Under the pieces are notes generated by a model. It made no database searches and was not told the DNA's origin. It saw nothing but the letters and a program-made list of their open reading frames with translations. Positions 29,230 through 42,674 of a stretch of DNA of 64,000 nucleotides are shown here, in pieces. The translations under genes and the position numbers were made by a program. Source of the stretch: the human T2T-CHM13v2.0 reference genome, Homo sapiens; NCBI RefSeq assembly GCF_009914755.1, contig NC_060931.1. One strand, given 5' to 3'. The first letter of the stretch is position 1. Every line of letters starts with the position of its first letter.

Positions 29230-29904
29230 CTTATTTGCCAGGCCCTCATCACAAATGGCCACTGAAGGAATAGCATAATTGCTAACCTATTTCCATGGAC
29301 TCCAACTCCCATTTCCATGGACTCCCAGAAACCAGGCAGCAACCGCAGACAGGAAACCTGTCTTGATTTTACTGAGGCATCTCAGATGCCTCCTTTTTGT
29401 TTTAAAGCATAATGAGGACAGGATATGCATAAATGACCAGAATTTCCAAGAGGGCAGGGACAATTCTGGGAAGCTTGACATCAGGTTCTATCAAAATCAT
29501 CTCATAGAATTCTTAAAAAACAAGTGCCAAGTGTAAAAATAAGCTAATATATTAAAGAGGAATAAATGTAAAGCCAGATCTAAAGTTAAATTAATTAAAA
29601 GATAAGTTGGAATGTTCTGTTTACGTTAAATTGTCAACAATAAAACCAAGTGGAAATATTCGAACATCTACAGATTATTTTTAAAAATGCAAACATGAAG
29701 CCAATTAATTCGAGATGAAATTTATCTACATGACAATATTTTCTTTCAGGCAGTGAAGAGGTGTAAAGGACAATTTATCATGCCATATGTTTGTTTTTTA
29801 TGGATTTCTTGAGGGAGAGACTGTAAAATAAGCATAACAAAATAACAGTCAAATTATTTTTTTTTAACAAAAGTGACCCATGCTTCACCAGTTAGATTAT
29901 GGTT

Positions 29905-30395
29905 TGCATAGTCTGGTATTCTCAAAAAGCAAAAACTTTTTTACAGACTTCATCTGAGGAAGAGATCCCAGGAATTGAAGTGGAGGACAGTGGCGAGTGA
30001 AGCAGAGACAGTGACAAAGCCAGCACAAGGATGCATTCTTGAGTTAGTCACTGCTGTGGGCAACTGAGACTCTGATAATCAGTGTAGTCTATGCCTCAGA
30101 GTGGACCATCCAGGGGATGAGTGGGGGCATTTATCCACCCGCTCCCATTCTCCATTGATGAAGACTTGCCCTCTGGCATTAACTCGCTTGCACTTCCAGG
30201 TTACACAAGTGTGGAAGTGTGGCAGGGTCTCAAGGGGTCCTTCAAGGTGGTAGCAGAAAAACTACCAAAGTCAGAAAGCGAGAGAAAAGTGGTGAAGCTC
30301 ACATGAGGTGAGCAGAGGAGCTGGCTGTAGCAATGTCTGTAGTGACAGGTGAGCTCAGAGGAAGAGAAACAGAAACAAGAGGAGTCCACTGCATC
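29905..30395 (-). mobile_element. LTR16-family (ERVL) solo LTR
   Basis: GTCACTGCTGTGGGCAACTGAGACT...GGGGCATTTATCCACCCGCTCCCATTCTCCATTG...TTAACTCGCTTGCACTTCCAGG. Confidence 0.75.
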
Positions 30396-31474
30396 TCACG
30401 ACCCAGTTCTAATTACTCGCTGTGACTGTCAGGAGTCTAGTATTGAGAATAATTCAGCCCAGTGATGCTGAACTCAGCAGCAAAGAGCCCAATGTTTATG
30501 AGGGTGTGAGTTATGGTATTCCTTAAATTCAATCTCATTTTATGTCATCTGGATAATAGAGGGTCATGCCTGTGTCCTCTTTGATGGAAGAGAGGTACAG
30601 GAGGACTGTGGCTAATGGGGTAGCCAGAAACCAACATGACTTACTCTATATGTACTCTTTCATAGGAATGTTTAGATACCACTCAGAGATGTAAAATAGA
30701 ATAAGATTCTTTTGTCAGTGTCTAAACATTTCTGCTATGATTTGGACTGGCAGAGAATAACCAATTCTTTGCTTTGGTTTTCTTTGAATTGAAGAGAATG
30801 ACCTATCAAAAGTATGGCAATGAGAATTTTCTACATAAATATTGTTAGAAGGTGAAATGGTACTTACTTTTTAAAGAAGAAAAAAACTGTATATTATACA
30901 CAATCTATAGATCTCTGAGTCTCTAATATTCTAGTTACACATCTAATTTTAGCCACGTCCTTCATGCTATGTAGCTTTGGGCAGGTCCACATTTTCTACT
31001 TCTATTCCTGAAGGATTTGGCCAGCCCCTATGCAGGGGAATCCGTTAGGGGTTATCTTTCTTTTCAACCCCAAATGTCTCAGGTTTCTGGGGACTTAAAC
31101 TTCCCATCTTCTCACTTCCTTCATATTTCCTGGGGTCTCTAATACTTCCTTTCCCCCTGGTTGCCAGGGGACAAATCAAGAATCCCTGTTACTTTATTAT
31201 ATAACACAATTTAACGCCTGCTTTTTCTCAATCTCTTTCTTCCAGACTAGCCCAGAGGCTGTTTCTTTAACAGAATAACAATAAGACACAGAAACAAACC
31301 TTCCCAAATAAAAGTGATAAATTTTGCCACTCATTCAGAATATAGCTCCAGTGTGTGTACTTTTTAAAAATTTTATTTTCTTTATATATAAACTAAAGTC
31401 CAATTCTCCAAAATAGGCTTTGAGCTAGCTTAAGTTTGAAGCCTAAGGAAGATTCCAGAGAAATGTTAGTAGGA

Positions 31475-31555
31475 TTTCTTTTTTTTAAAATTTATTTTTA
31501 TTTATTTTTTATTATACTTTAAGTTCTAGGGCACATGTGCACAACGTGCAGGTTT
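31475..31555 (-). mobile_element. Tiny L1PA (PA3-PA7 type) extreme 3' fragment
   Basis: TTATTATACTTTAAGTTCTAGGGCACATGTGCACAACGTGCAGGTTT plus T-rich tail. Confidence 0.88.
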
Positions 31556-32238
31556 CAAGTGGCCACAGAAGCCAATGCTTGGGGAAAAATATTTAAATTC
31601 ATCTCTCAGCTAGAACAGGAGAAGGACATAAGGAAGTTTTTTTCCCTAGAGTAATGGAGATAATCAAGCACCAGAAATTCTAATTTTGATGACTTTAATG
31701 ATGAATCATATGACTTAGAGATGCCATATGCAGTGGAATAAATAGAATTGAATATTTAGCCAGGTAAAAGAAAGGATGAATAAAAGAATCACAGAACAGG
31801 ATTATTCATTGAAAGCCTTGAGTTATGAACTAAGATATTAAAACTTTTATATTGGGATTAGAGAGTCCAGTTATTTCCCCTAAGAGTTTGCTCCTTACTC
31901 TAACTTAAAATGGAATGAAACCCTTGATGTAGGAGATAGAATTTGAGGGGACTTATTTCTTCTTAAATTGGTGGAAGACATTTGGACAAAAACAGTCCTT
32001 TGTTGTTAATGCTCAAGAGCATCCAGGTGACATTTAGGCAGTGCTGATGATTGATAAGAGAGATTATGCGTGATAGGGGAAGAAACTCCCCTCCTACCAA
32101 ATGTAAAATCTAAGTGCTCTTTGTTTAAGCCAAGTGACAAACTGTATCCCAAAACATAATGCACATGCTGAAATTAATTAGGACAATAGAGTAAACCCTA
32201 AATAGTGCAAGCAAATATTTATTGTATTTGAGCACTTC

Positions 32239-32452
32239 TTTTTTTTTTTTTCAAGACAGAGTCTCGCTCTGTCGCCCCGGCTGGAGTTCAGTGGCACGAT
32301 GTTGGCTCATGGCAACCTTCGCTTCGCCTCCTGGGTTCAAGCTATTCTCCTGCCTCAGCCTCCCGAGTAGCTGGGACTACAGGCGCCTGCCACCATGCCA
32401 GGCTAATTTTTGTATTTTTAGTAGGGACGGTGTTTCACCATATTGGCCAGGA
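32239..32452 (-). mobile_element. 5'-truncated AluS with 17-bp TSD
   Basis: TSD TGTATTTGAGCACTTCT (32223-32239) / TGTATTTGAACACTTCT (32453-32469). Confidence 0.93.
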
Positions 32453-32949
32453 TGTATTTGAACACTTCTAAGGTCCTCAGTGTGAGGTGAGCTGGAATAA
32501 AAACTATCTTGAAAGAGTTATTCTAAAACCACATTAGTTTTCCATTCATGAAACGCAACTGTATTTCCTTCAAAGTTATTTTCCAAGCTGACCATACTTA
32601 TGAAACTATTCAGAGAAATGATGACACACTCTTTGTATTCATAGTTCTTTTAGGAAATTGATTTTTATTCTTCATGCACCAAACGTGTATTCACTATAGC
32701 CAGAAACTCAGAGGCAGACATCTTTGCAAATAGCATTTTGCTCTGCCATTCCTGAGAGCTAGAGAACTGGCACAGGCTAAGGGGTGTGGATTCGGGATTG
32801 GAGCATGTATGGGCATCAGCTCTACTATGGGCCCTTATTGCCACTCTGTGGTTCTGAAGATGAGATCTGCTTGGATTATTGCAGATAAAGCCTCTTCACT
32901 GTTGCAACTGAGATTTGTAGGCGCATGTGTAGTGATGCCAAGCAAATTC

Positions 32950-33770
32950 TGTGACTTTGTTCCCTTCCACATGTTATTTCTCAAGCCCCCACACACCCTG
33001 CAAAATGCCATTTGTAGATACCTTTGTTTGTATAGCTATTACCCCAGGTATAAAATCTGCTTTATATACTCATGCTTAGGACTCTGCCTGGCCTTGGTCT
33101 GCATGGTATGAGTAGCTAGTGTGTAGCTTCTCTCCAGCATGCCCTCTCATGTAACTTTTTTGTGTGCTTTGTGTACTATAGCCCAAGGTTAAGCAATGCT
33201 CCATCCCCTTACCAGCAGGTGTTCCTAAGACATTGTACCCCAGGTCGGCTAAGAGCTCCTGAACGTTTCTTTCTCACAGGAGAAAATGGTTACCTCAGCC
33301 TGGTAAGAATATTTAAGGAGCCAAACCCAGCTCTGTGTCTGATCAGATTAGCTGTAATCTTGTGGCCTTTTACTGAATACTTTGACTTATGCCAAGCTCC
33401 AGCATCTAAGTCTCCATGACATCTGCCTTTCAACTACATCTGGGTTAGTCCTTATCTTGATTACCCACCTGCCACCCAAGTTTCTTTAGGACTGAAGCTG
33501 GCAGTACAGCTTCTTCCTACTCTCCTTTTCAGTGAATAGAAATCTGTCCTTGGTCAGAATTCCCCGTGTCTGAGTTGCTGATGCCCATGACCAGACTAAT
33601 CTGAGGCCAATTTCTTTCCTGCGTTGTGCCTCCTCCTTACTTTAACCACAGTCAGCCCTGCCTGGCTATTGACTGCTGTCTCTGTGGCTTATCACTGTGA
33701 CTACACCTTCTCCTTGTCCCAGCATCTCTCTGTGGAGCCAGCATCCTTCTGGCTCCATGTACTTGTCATT
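32950..33770. mobile_element. Possible ancient LTR (LTR78-like)
   Basis: Motifs such as CAGAATTCCCCGTGTCTGAGTTGCTGATGCC and TTGACTGCTGTCTCTGTGGCTTATCACTG resemble recalled old ERV LTR sequence. Confidence 0.3.
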
Positions 33771-33809
33771 TATGATCTTAATCTTTAAATAGCTAATCAA
33801 CATCCAGTG

Positions 33810-34190
33810 ATAGTAATATTATCTCACCTTTGTTGAGCATTTCCTAAGTGTTAATATCGGGCTAATTATCGCTAAACCTCATGACATTTCCAAGGTAGAT
33901 CGAATTACCCCATTTTATAGATGTTAAAAATGAGTCTAGGATACACTATATAACCAGAAGGTAGAGGAGCCAGAATTAGGCTGGGTCTGGTGTCAAAACC
34001 CAGGTTCCTCTACTTCACCAAACTGCCTTCCTTTGAGAATAGCTGCAGTGTTTCATCTTTAATCACCCCAGTGTTATTATCTTTATTTACAGGTAAATGT
34101 ACTGAGACTCAGGGATCTCATGAGTGAGGAAGCCAATATTTTAGTCAAGATCAAAAACCTTGTTCTTTCCACTACATGACACTATCTTCC
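33810..34190 (-). mobile_element. MIR fragments (two)
   Basis: ATTACCCCATTTTATAGATG and TTTATTTACAGGTAAATGTACTGAGACTCAG cores. Confidence 0.65.
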
Positions 34191-34794
34191 ACTACAGCAC
34201 TTCCTACGTTATAAGGTGAATTTTTGCTTTTGTAAACACTCACTTTTCAGCCTGCAACCGGTTGAAGTGCCCCTATAATATGGTCCCTTGTTACTGCATC
34301 TGAATGCTGTGGCTTTGGATGACACTTTCTTCCCTTCGGAGGTTCTGCCTCCTTTTCAGCTTCCTCCTCCACTTGTCCTTGGAATGATTCATCTTTCCAT
34401 CTTCTCTTCGCCAGGCATAGATTGTCCCTGAGGATGCTTACAGAACTTGAAATATCAGCCAGAATGCCAGCTTTAAATTACAGTGAGGAATGGAGCTATC
34501 AAGCTCTCTGGTGACTCATGTGTGCTGATCGGTACCTTCTCTCCCTGTGGGAAAGTCTACGTGGGATGTTAAATTCATAATTGGGGATGGGCTGGCAAAA
34601 GAAGAATTGGAACAAGAGAAATTAGATGAGGTGACTGGGAGTGACAGGCTACATGGTCCATTGCGTCTATCTCTGTGTTTGGGATTTTGTAGCCACCGGT
34701 CTTAGCTGGTTAAATTGTTGGACCTGGCCATAGACTGCCTCATACGGTGCTACTGTCGAAGGTTGAAAAGTTGTTACTGTGCTTGATATGCTTA

Positions 34795-37600
34795 AACAAT
34801 TTTAAAAATGTTAGAAAATGAAAGAGTAATTATAAAAATATGTATGGAATAGGTATAACATGTAAAGACTAAATACAGCGAACATCCCCTTACTTACTCC
34901 AGGCAAGAAAAAGAACATTACCAAGAACTTTGAAGTTTCTGTGTGTGACTGTCTCATCCTCTCTCACTTTCTTTCTCAGATAACTACCATCCAGCATTTT
35001 GTGTTTATAATTTTATTTCATTTCGTAGTAACATTACTTTTTCCTTGAATCTCTAAAGAACATACCGACTTTGTAGAAATGAAATCATACTGTGTGTATT
35101 TTTGCAAATTTTTTTGTTGTTTTGTGTATCTGAAATTCATTAAATTTTACTAAGCATACTAATCCATTGTAGTAAAACACAAATTATTTATCTATTCTAT
35201 TATTGATGAGCATTTGGTTTGTTTAGAATTTGTGGAGATAAGAAGCAGTGCTACTATGTACATTCTTGGGTATTTCCCTTGGTGCATAAGTGCACATGTA
35301 TCCAGGATGGAATACGGGTCATGGTAACACACATTTTCAATTTTATTAGAAAATGACAAGCTGTTCTAAAGTGGTTGCAGCAATTACTGATACTCCTTTA
35401 AGCAGTATAAAATCCATTCTTTTCCCACATCCTCATCAGCATGCAATGTTGCCAGACTTTAATTTTCATCAGTTTTGTGAGTGTGATATTATCTCACTGT
35501 AGTTGAATTTACATTTCATAATTTCTAACAAAGCTGAGCATCTTTTCATATGTTTCTTTCCACCTATGATTATTCATCTGTGAAGTTCTTTTTCAAGATT
35601 TTGCCCTTTTTATTGGATTGTTTTCTTTCTTTCTAATTGATTTGCAGGAGAGTGTTTTGTTTGTGTTTTTTTTGGTACATATTTTGGATATTCATAGTTT
35701 ATCAGTTTTATATGTTAAAAATCTCTTTTCCTAGTTTGTGTATTTCTTTTAATTATCTTCATATATTTTGAATGAAATGGTAGAATTTCACTTTTTCTTT
35801 ATGACTTTTGTGTGGATTCCAAGACATCCCTCCCTATATGGTGATCATAAAGATATTCTTCTACATTGTTAGCACTGCATTTCTCATCTAAGACTTTAAT
35901 TTGATGGAACTGTTTTTTATATATGGTATATAATAGGGAGACATTTTTATTTTTTTCACCTGTGGATACTCAAGTGTGCCAGGATAATTTATTGCAAAGT
36001 CTATTCTTTCTTTAATGACTTGCTACACACCTTCTGTCATATATCAAAGGCCTGTAAGTAGATCTGTTTCTGGGCTTTCCAGTCTGTTTCAGTAGAAACT
36101 TGAAAACACCCCTCTTTCTTAATTATTATGGCTTTATCATGCTGCTAAGTATGTGATAAAGAAAGTACTCCTTTTTCTTCTTCATCTTGGCTATTTGCTT
36201 TTTCATATAAATGTCTTAAATCAGCTTATCAAGCACCACAAAACTCCAGTTGAGATTTTAATAGGAATATCTTTGAAATTACCTATCAATGGTAGAAGAA
36301 TCGGTGCTTCTATGAGGTCAAGTCTTCTTGTCTATATATATGATGATTATATCTGTTTTCAAGGTTTTCTTTGCTCTATAAAGAAAAGCTTTATACTTTC
36401 CTTTATGAAGTACTTGAAAAATTTTGTTATATTTATTTATAGACATTTTAGAATTTTGATGTTTTTAAAATATCTTTTAAAAATTGCATTTTCTGTTTGT
36501 TGAAACTTATTTTTGTATATTGATTTTTATATCCTGGAATTGTGCTAAAATATCTTATTAATTTCAGAAATGTATTTGTAGGGTCTTTTGAATTCTAATA
36601 CACACATTACCTCCAAAAAAAGTCAGTTTTTTCTCTTTCTTTCCAGTTCTCATTATTGGCTAAGACTTCCAGCACAATATTATACAAGTGGGGCTAGTAG
36701 ATGCCTTGTTTTGTTGCTAATCTCAGAATACTTTCAATATTTCACCATTAAATACGATGTTAGCTGTAGGTTTTCTGTCGGTACTCTTTGTGAGTTTAGG
36801 GAAGTTTTGTTTTATTTCTAGCTTATTTTCTTTTCATTTAGTAAAAGATGGGGAATTTTATCAATTGCCTTTTCTATATCTATTGAGATGATTACATAAT
36901 TTTCTCTTTTCTTGTATTAATAGGGTGATATACAATAATTTATTTCTTATGTAAAATCAAACTTGCTCTCCTGGGATCAGCAAATGAAGCATTATCTTAA
37001 CACACACACACACAGACACACACACACACACACACACACTTCTGTTTTATGTTATTTCTGCATGGTATTGTCATATCTATGTACATAAGCAAGATTGATC
37101 TGCAATTTATGATTCCATTCTCACATTTTTTTGGGTTTTGTATCAAAGTTAAAGTAGCCTAATAAGGTAAAATAGGGATATTCCCACTTTTCTACATTCC
37201 GAAATAATTTGTGTGAGATTTGAATTATTTTTTTCTTGAATATTTGCACTTATTTCTTCCTTATTTGCTGTAAATTGCTAGCAACGCTGACTAGATCTGG
37301 CTTTTCTGTGAGAAGATTTTTAACTTCAGATTCAATTTCTTTTATGATTATAAGACCGTACATTTTCTATATCCTCCTAAGTAAATTTTGGTAAGTAAAA
37401 TTTTTTTAGAGATTTATTTATTTCATATGAGCCTTTATATGTATCACATAAAGTTGTTCATAATACCTTCTTATTATCATTTTAATCTTTGAAGCACCAT
37501 TGATTTTTTAATTCCTAATATTGTTTACTAGTGACTTCACACCTTTTCAAAATTTATCTTCAGAGATGTATGTCAATTTTATTAGTTCTGTCAAAGAGTC
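34795..37600 (-). mobile_element. L1ME-class LINE, 3' end into ORF2
   Basis: Antisense L1 motifs GAACATTACCAAGAACTTTGAAG, GATCTGTTTCTGGGCTTTCCAGTCTGTTTC, TGGCTAAGACTTCCAGCACAAT and TTTCACCATTAAATACGATGTTAGCTGTAGG. Confidence 0.85.
37000..37038. repeat. (CA)n microsatellite
   Basis: About 19 units with one GA interruption. Confidence 0.95.
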
Positions 37601-38220
37601 TTGATATATTTTTTACTCTGACATTTTTTCAGGAAATTTTTCTACTTTCTTATAAAACCATTTCATCTGTCAAGCAATGGTATATTTGAGATTTGGTATC
37701 ATACTGGACACTGAAAAATTAATTTTTCTCTTACAAGTACTTTCAACATTTCTTAAGTAAAAATTTGGGTTGAACCCCAGTAGGAAAAATGATTATGAAA
37801 CCAGTTTAATTGAAGATTTAGGATATTAAATGTTCCCTTGTACAGTTTTAGGAGACTGGATGCTCATACAAACCTGTTTGTACGTTACCTCCATAAGCTT
37901 TTGCAGACAGGTCTTAACAGGTTGGCTTCCAAATCCTAAGCAACCAACCAGTACAAAACACAGCAACCATCAGAAAAGCACAAACAGAACGCCGGCTGCT
38001 TCAGACCAAGGGGCAAAAATGAAGGATGGGGATTAGGTCTGAAGGTCATAGAATCTATGTTTCTAACCTTATTTTATATTGCACTCCCCACTTCCCCTCT
38101 GCTAGCTAAATTGAATCATATATTGCTATTCAGGCAAGACCTGTGCTTGCTTGCTTTCTTTCCTCTGCCTGGAATTATTTTCTTATACCTCCCTTGATCA
38201 AAACATATCTGTTTTAAAAA

Positions 38221-39867
38221 TGTATAATGGATACCTATTAGGATTTCTGCTTAGCCTATGCCCCTCCTTCTGTGGGAACCACCTTTCACTCTCTGCTCAT
38301 AGTAAAGGCTTCTGCTGGTTTGCTTGTTATACACAACCCCTCTATCCTTACCAGGGAAAATCTAACCAAAATTGACACCTGACCGAAGTTGATGCTCTCA
38401 GATCCTCTCTTCTGGTAACTGGAACTGGGACTCAGAAATTTGGTGAGTCTCTGATGGTTCCCCTCTGACCTAGATGATGTTGGCTTTGAAGTTGAGGATG
38501 CCATTCTGCAGCAATTATGTTTGGCCCATGTGGACTCAGAAGCTGAGAAAGCCATTAAGTAAATAGAAGTCAAAGGAGATGCACATAAAAAAGCAAAGGC
38601 CATATATCTTGTGACTCTGAAGGGCTATATATAGTAACCTTTGTTCCATTTGGCACCGGATTCCTGATCCCAGTCCCTCATTAGGCTCAGGTGTACCTTC
38701 TACATTTAAGTTTCAAGAACTACCCTGATAGCCTTAAATTAAAAGCCCCCTTCCACACACACACTTTTTAAAGTTTTATTTTAGGTTCAGGGGTACATGT
38801 GTAGGTTTTTTATATAGGTAAATTGCATGTCACAAGGGTTTGATGTGCAGATTATTTCTTCACCCAGGTAGTAAGCATAGTACCCAAGAGGTCGTTTTTC
38901 GATCCTCTTCCTCCTCCCTTTCTCCACCCTCAAGGAGGGCCCAGTGTCTGTTGTTTCTTTCTTTGTGTCCATGTATACTCAGTGTTTACCCCCCATTTAT
39001 AAGTGAGAACATGGGGTATTTGGTTTTCTGTTCCCTTTAGTTCACTTAGGATAATAGCCTCCAGCACCATCCATGTTGTTGCAAAGGACATGACCTTGTT
39101 CTTTTTCATGGCTGTGTAGTATCCATGGTGTATATGTACCACATTTTCTTTATCCATTTGATGGGCATTTAGGTTGGTCCCATGTCTTTGCTATTGTTAA
39201 TAGTGCTGCAGTGAGCATACACATGCATGTGTCTTTATGATAAAATTATTTCTATTTCTTTGGATATATAACCAATGATGGGATTCCTGGGTTGGATGGT
39301 ATTTCTGTTTTAAGTTCTTTGAGAAATCACTACATTGTTTTCCACAGTGGCTGAACTAATTTCCATTCCCACCAGCGGTGTTAAGTGTTCCCTTTTCTGT
39401 GCAACCTTGACAGCATGTTATTTTTTGATTTTTTAATAGTAGCCATTTTGACTGGTGTGAGATGGTAGCTCATTGTGGCTTTAATTTGGATTTCTCTAAT
39501 GATTAGTGATGTGAAGCATTTTGTCATATGCTTGCTAGGCACGTGTATGTCTTCTTGAACAGTGCCTGTTCATGTCCTTTGCTCATTTTTTAATGGAGTT
39601 TGTTAATTTCTGGTCGATTTGTTTAAATTCCTTATAGATTCTGGCTATTAGACCTTTGTTGGATGCATAGCTTGCAAATATTTTCTCCCTTTCTGTAGGT
39701 TGTCTGTTTACTCTGTTAATAGTTTGTTTTTCTGTGCAGAAGCTCTTTAATTTAATTAGGTCTCATTTGACAATATTTGGTTTTGTTGCAATTGAAAAAT
39801 CCCCTTTTTTCCTTATGAAAGTAAGGTAAAATTGTTTCTTGCAACAAGAAGAAATTTGACTAAGACA
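38221..39867 (+). mobile_element. ERVL/MaLR-class LTR (LTR33-like) split by an L1PA insertion
   Basis: LTR-like body at 38221-38755; terminal piece TTGCAACAAGAAGAAATTTGACTAAGACA at about 39800-39867. Confidence 0.55.
38765..39797 (-). mobile_element. L1PA15/16-type 3' fragment (~1 kb)
   Basis: TTTTAGGTTCAGGGGTACATGTGTAGG...CACCCAGGTAGTAAGCATAGTACCC. Confidence 0.92.
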
Positions 39868-40370
39868 CTTCCTCCATGAAGCCATTCTTTACTCTTCCTG
39901 TTGAAAGAAAACCTTTCCGTAGTTACCAACTTTATTCTGCCATTCACTTACAATTGATGGTATTTATTTTAAAATGCTTATATATGGTTGTCTTTTATTT
40001 TTTTCAAATTTAGACATTACACACTGCCTTCCTGCAAAGGAAGATGAGAATTTACCTGTGTTATTGTCCTTCCCTCTTCACTTTTTCCACCTCCTACTTC
40101 GGATGTGTATTAATTTTGGTTAGATCATTGCTCAATATTTACATTTTAATGTATATGTAAATATTGTAACAGCTGAATCATATTCTGGTATGTAATTACT
40201 TTTTCTTTATTTTTTTTCTGTGAGGTTCATAATTGTCTTTTTGGGGGCTTAGTTTTCTATGCACCTATTATTAATTCAATCACACATTTTCTCTGAGTGA
40301 ACTTTAAAACTCTTCTAAATATGGCAAACATATCAACTGCTCTGTAGGTTCATCTTTTCTCTTGGTGATG

Positions 40371-40688
40371 TTTTTTATTCTTTCTTTTTTTTTTTTTTTT
40401 TTTTTGAGACAGAGTTTCGCTCTTGTTGCCCAGGCTGAAGTGCAATGGCCCAATTTCGGCTCACTGCAACCTCCGCCTCCTGGGTTCCTGGGAGATTCTC
40501 CTGCCTCAGCCTCCCAAGTAGCTGGGATTACAGGCATGTGACACCAGGCCCGGCTAATTTTTTGTATTTATTAGAGACAAGGTCTTACCATGTTAGTCAG
40601 GCTGGTCTCGAACTCCTGACCTCAGGTGATCCACCCGCCTCGGCCTCCCGAAGTGCTGGGATTACAGGCATGAGCCACTGCGCCAGGC
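40371..40688 (-). mobile_element. AluSq/Sp-like
   Basis: GTTTCGCTCTTGTTGCCCAG; TSD CTTGGTGATGTTT at 40361-40373 and 40688-40700. Confidence 0.96.
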
Positions 40689-41143
40689 TTGGTGATGTTT
40701 CTTTAAAGCCTCCTTTTCTTCCTCTTCCAATGTGCATCTCTTGCCATCCACACAATTCTTCAGAAACTTTCTTTTACACCATCCTGAACTTCCATTCATC
40801 TTTCTCCTATGCAATTCCTGTGTTTCCTGGATCTTATCTCTTCTTCATTCTTGCTTTTCTCTCTCATGGTTTGGAGAATATTCTCTTTAACCACATGTTC
40901 TAACATTTCATGGTATATCCCTGAATATAGATCTATTTTTGATCCATTGTTCAGGATAAGTCTTTTCAGTTTGACTTTTGGAAATTTTCTTATTTCTTTG
41001 ATAGTGTCTTTCCTCTCTCCTTTTTCTCTATTCTCTCATTATGACATTTGTAGTCATTGAAGTTTGGATTTTATGGATTGATCCCCTAATTCTCTTTTCT
41101 CTCTATTTACTACCTCTTCATCTTTTTAAATTTGTCTTTTTTA

Positions 41144-41496
<353 letters not shown>

Positions 41497-41856
41497 TTAA
41501 AACTTCTTTTTCTCTTCATCTTTTTGGAATTTCTATGGCTTCTTTTTTATGTGTTGAGTGCTTCTTTTTATAGGATCTTTTTCTTATTTGATGGATTAAT
41601 AGTTTCTCTTAAATCTTTAGTCATATTAATTATAGTTGGGTTCTTGTGTATAGATGTGAAGTACAGTGTAGAGTTTTTGTGTATAATTGTTCATAGTAGA
41701 GATTTCCGTCAAATATTAGATGATCCTATACATATTTAGGAAAAACGTGCTAAAAAGCTGATTGATAATTTGAAGTTCTGTATGAGGGTATGGGCTTACT
41801 CACTAGTAGAACTTCACTTAGGATGAGTAAGCAAAAGCATGACTGTTTGGGGAGGA

Positions 41857-42134
41857 TACATTCTAATGTATGTGTAAATATTGTAACAGCTGAACCATAT
41901 GCTATCTTGTGATTACTTTTCCTTTCTCAATTTTCTTTCTGTGAAGTTAATAATTGTCTTTGGGGGGCTTAGTTTTCTATGCACCTATTATTAATTCAGT
42001 CACACATTTTCTCTGACTAAACTGTAAAACTCTTCTAAATACGGCAAACACATCAGCTGCTCCGTAGGTTCATCTTTTCTCTTGGTGATATTTCTTTAAA
42101 GCCTCCTTTATTTCCTCTTCCAGTGTGCACCTCT
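41857..42134 (+). repeat. ~275-bp direct duplicate of 40140-40741 (excluding the Alu)
   Basis: Shared blocks include GTAAATATTGTAACAGCTGAA, GGGGGCTTAGTTTTCTATGCACCTATTATTAATTCA and GTAGGTTCATCTTTTCTCTTGGTGAT. Confidence 0.95.
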
Positions 42135-42267
42135 GTCTTATATAATCCTTGAACCAGTTCTTCTGTGTTCAGTCCACCACAACCAGGATGTATGAAGGTT
42201 GTGGTATCCCTGGTTACCAAGCTTTGGAGAGATTCTGTAATGCAAATTGGTTTGCTTCTTATTGATG

Positions 42268-42674
42268 CTTGGATTCGCTTGCTAGGGCTGCCATAACAAA
42301 ATACCACAGACTGCGTGGCTTATCCAAGACATTTATTTCTCACAGCTCTGGAAGCTAGAAGTCCAAGATCGAGGTGTTGATAGGCTTGATTTCTCCCGAA
42401 GCCTCTCTCCTAAGTCTGCAGATGGCCTCCTTCTCACTGTGTTTCCACATGGTCTTTCCTTTGTGTGTGTGCATCTTGGTGTCTCTCTGTGTGTCTAGAA
42501 TTCCTCTTCTTATAAGGACGCCCGCCAGATTGGATTATGGCCCACCCTAGTGGGATCTTTTTTACTTAATAACTTCCTTTAAGTCCCTGTCTCCAAATAC
42601 TGTCACATTCTGAGGTATTGGGGGTTAGAGCTTCAATATATACATTTTGAGGGGACACTAATTAGGCCATAGCA
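42268..42674 (-). mobile_element. MaLR solo LTR (MLT1B-like)
   Basis: TGCTAGGGCTGCCATAACAAAATACCACAGACTG...GTCACATTCTGAGGTATTGGGGGTTAG. Confidence 0.9.

Noticed and set aside
33266-33308. 23-nt micro-exon (TTTCTCACAG|G...CTG|GTAAGA)
   Set aside because: It is not frame-preserving, lies in probable LTR sequence, and has no other support.
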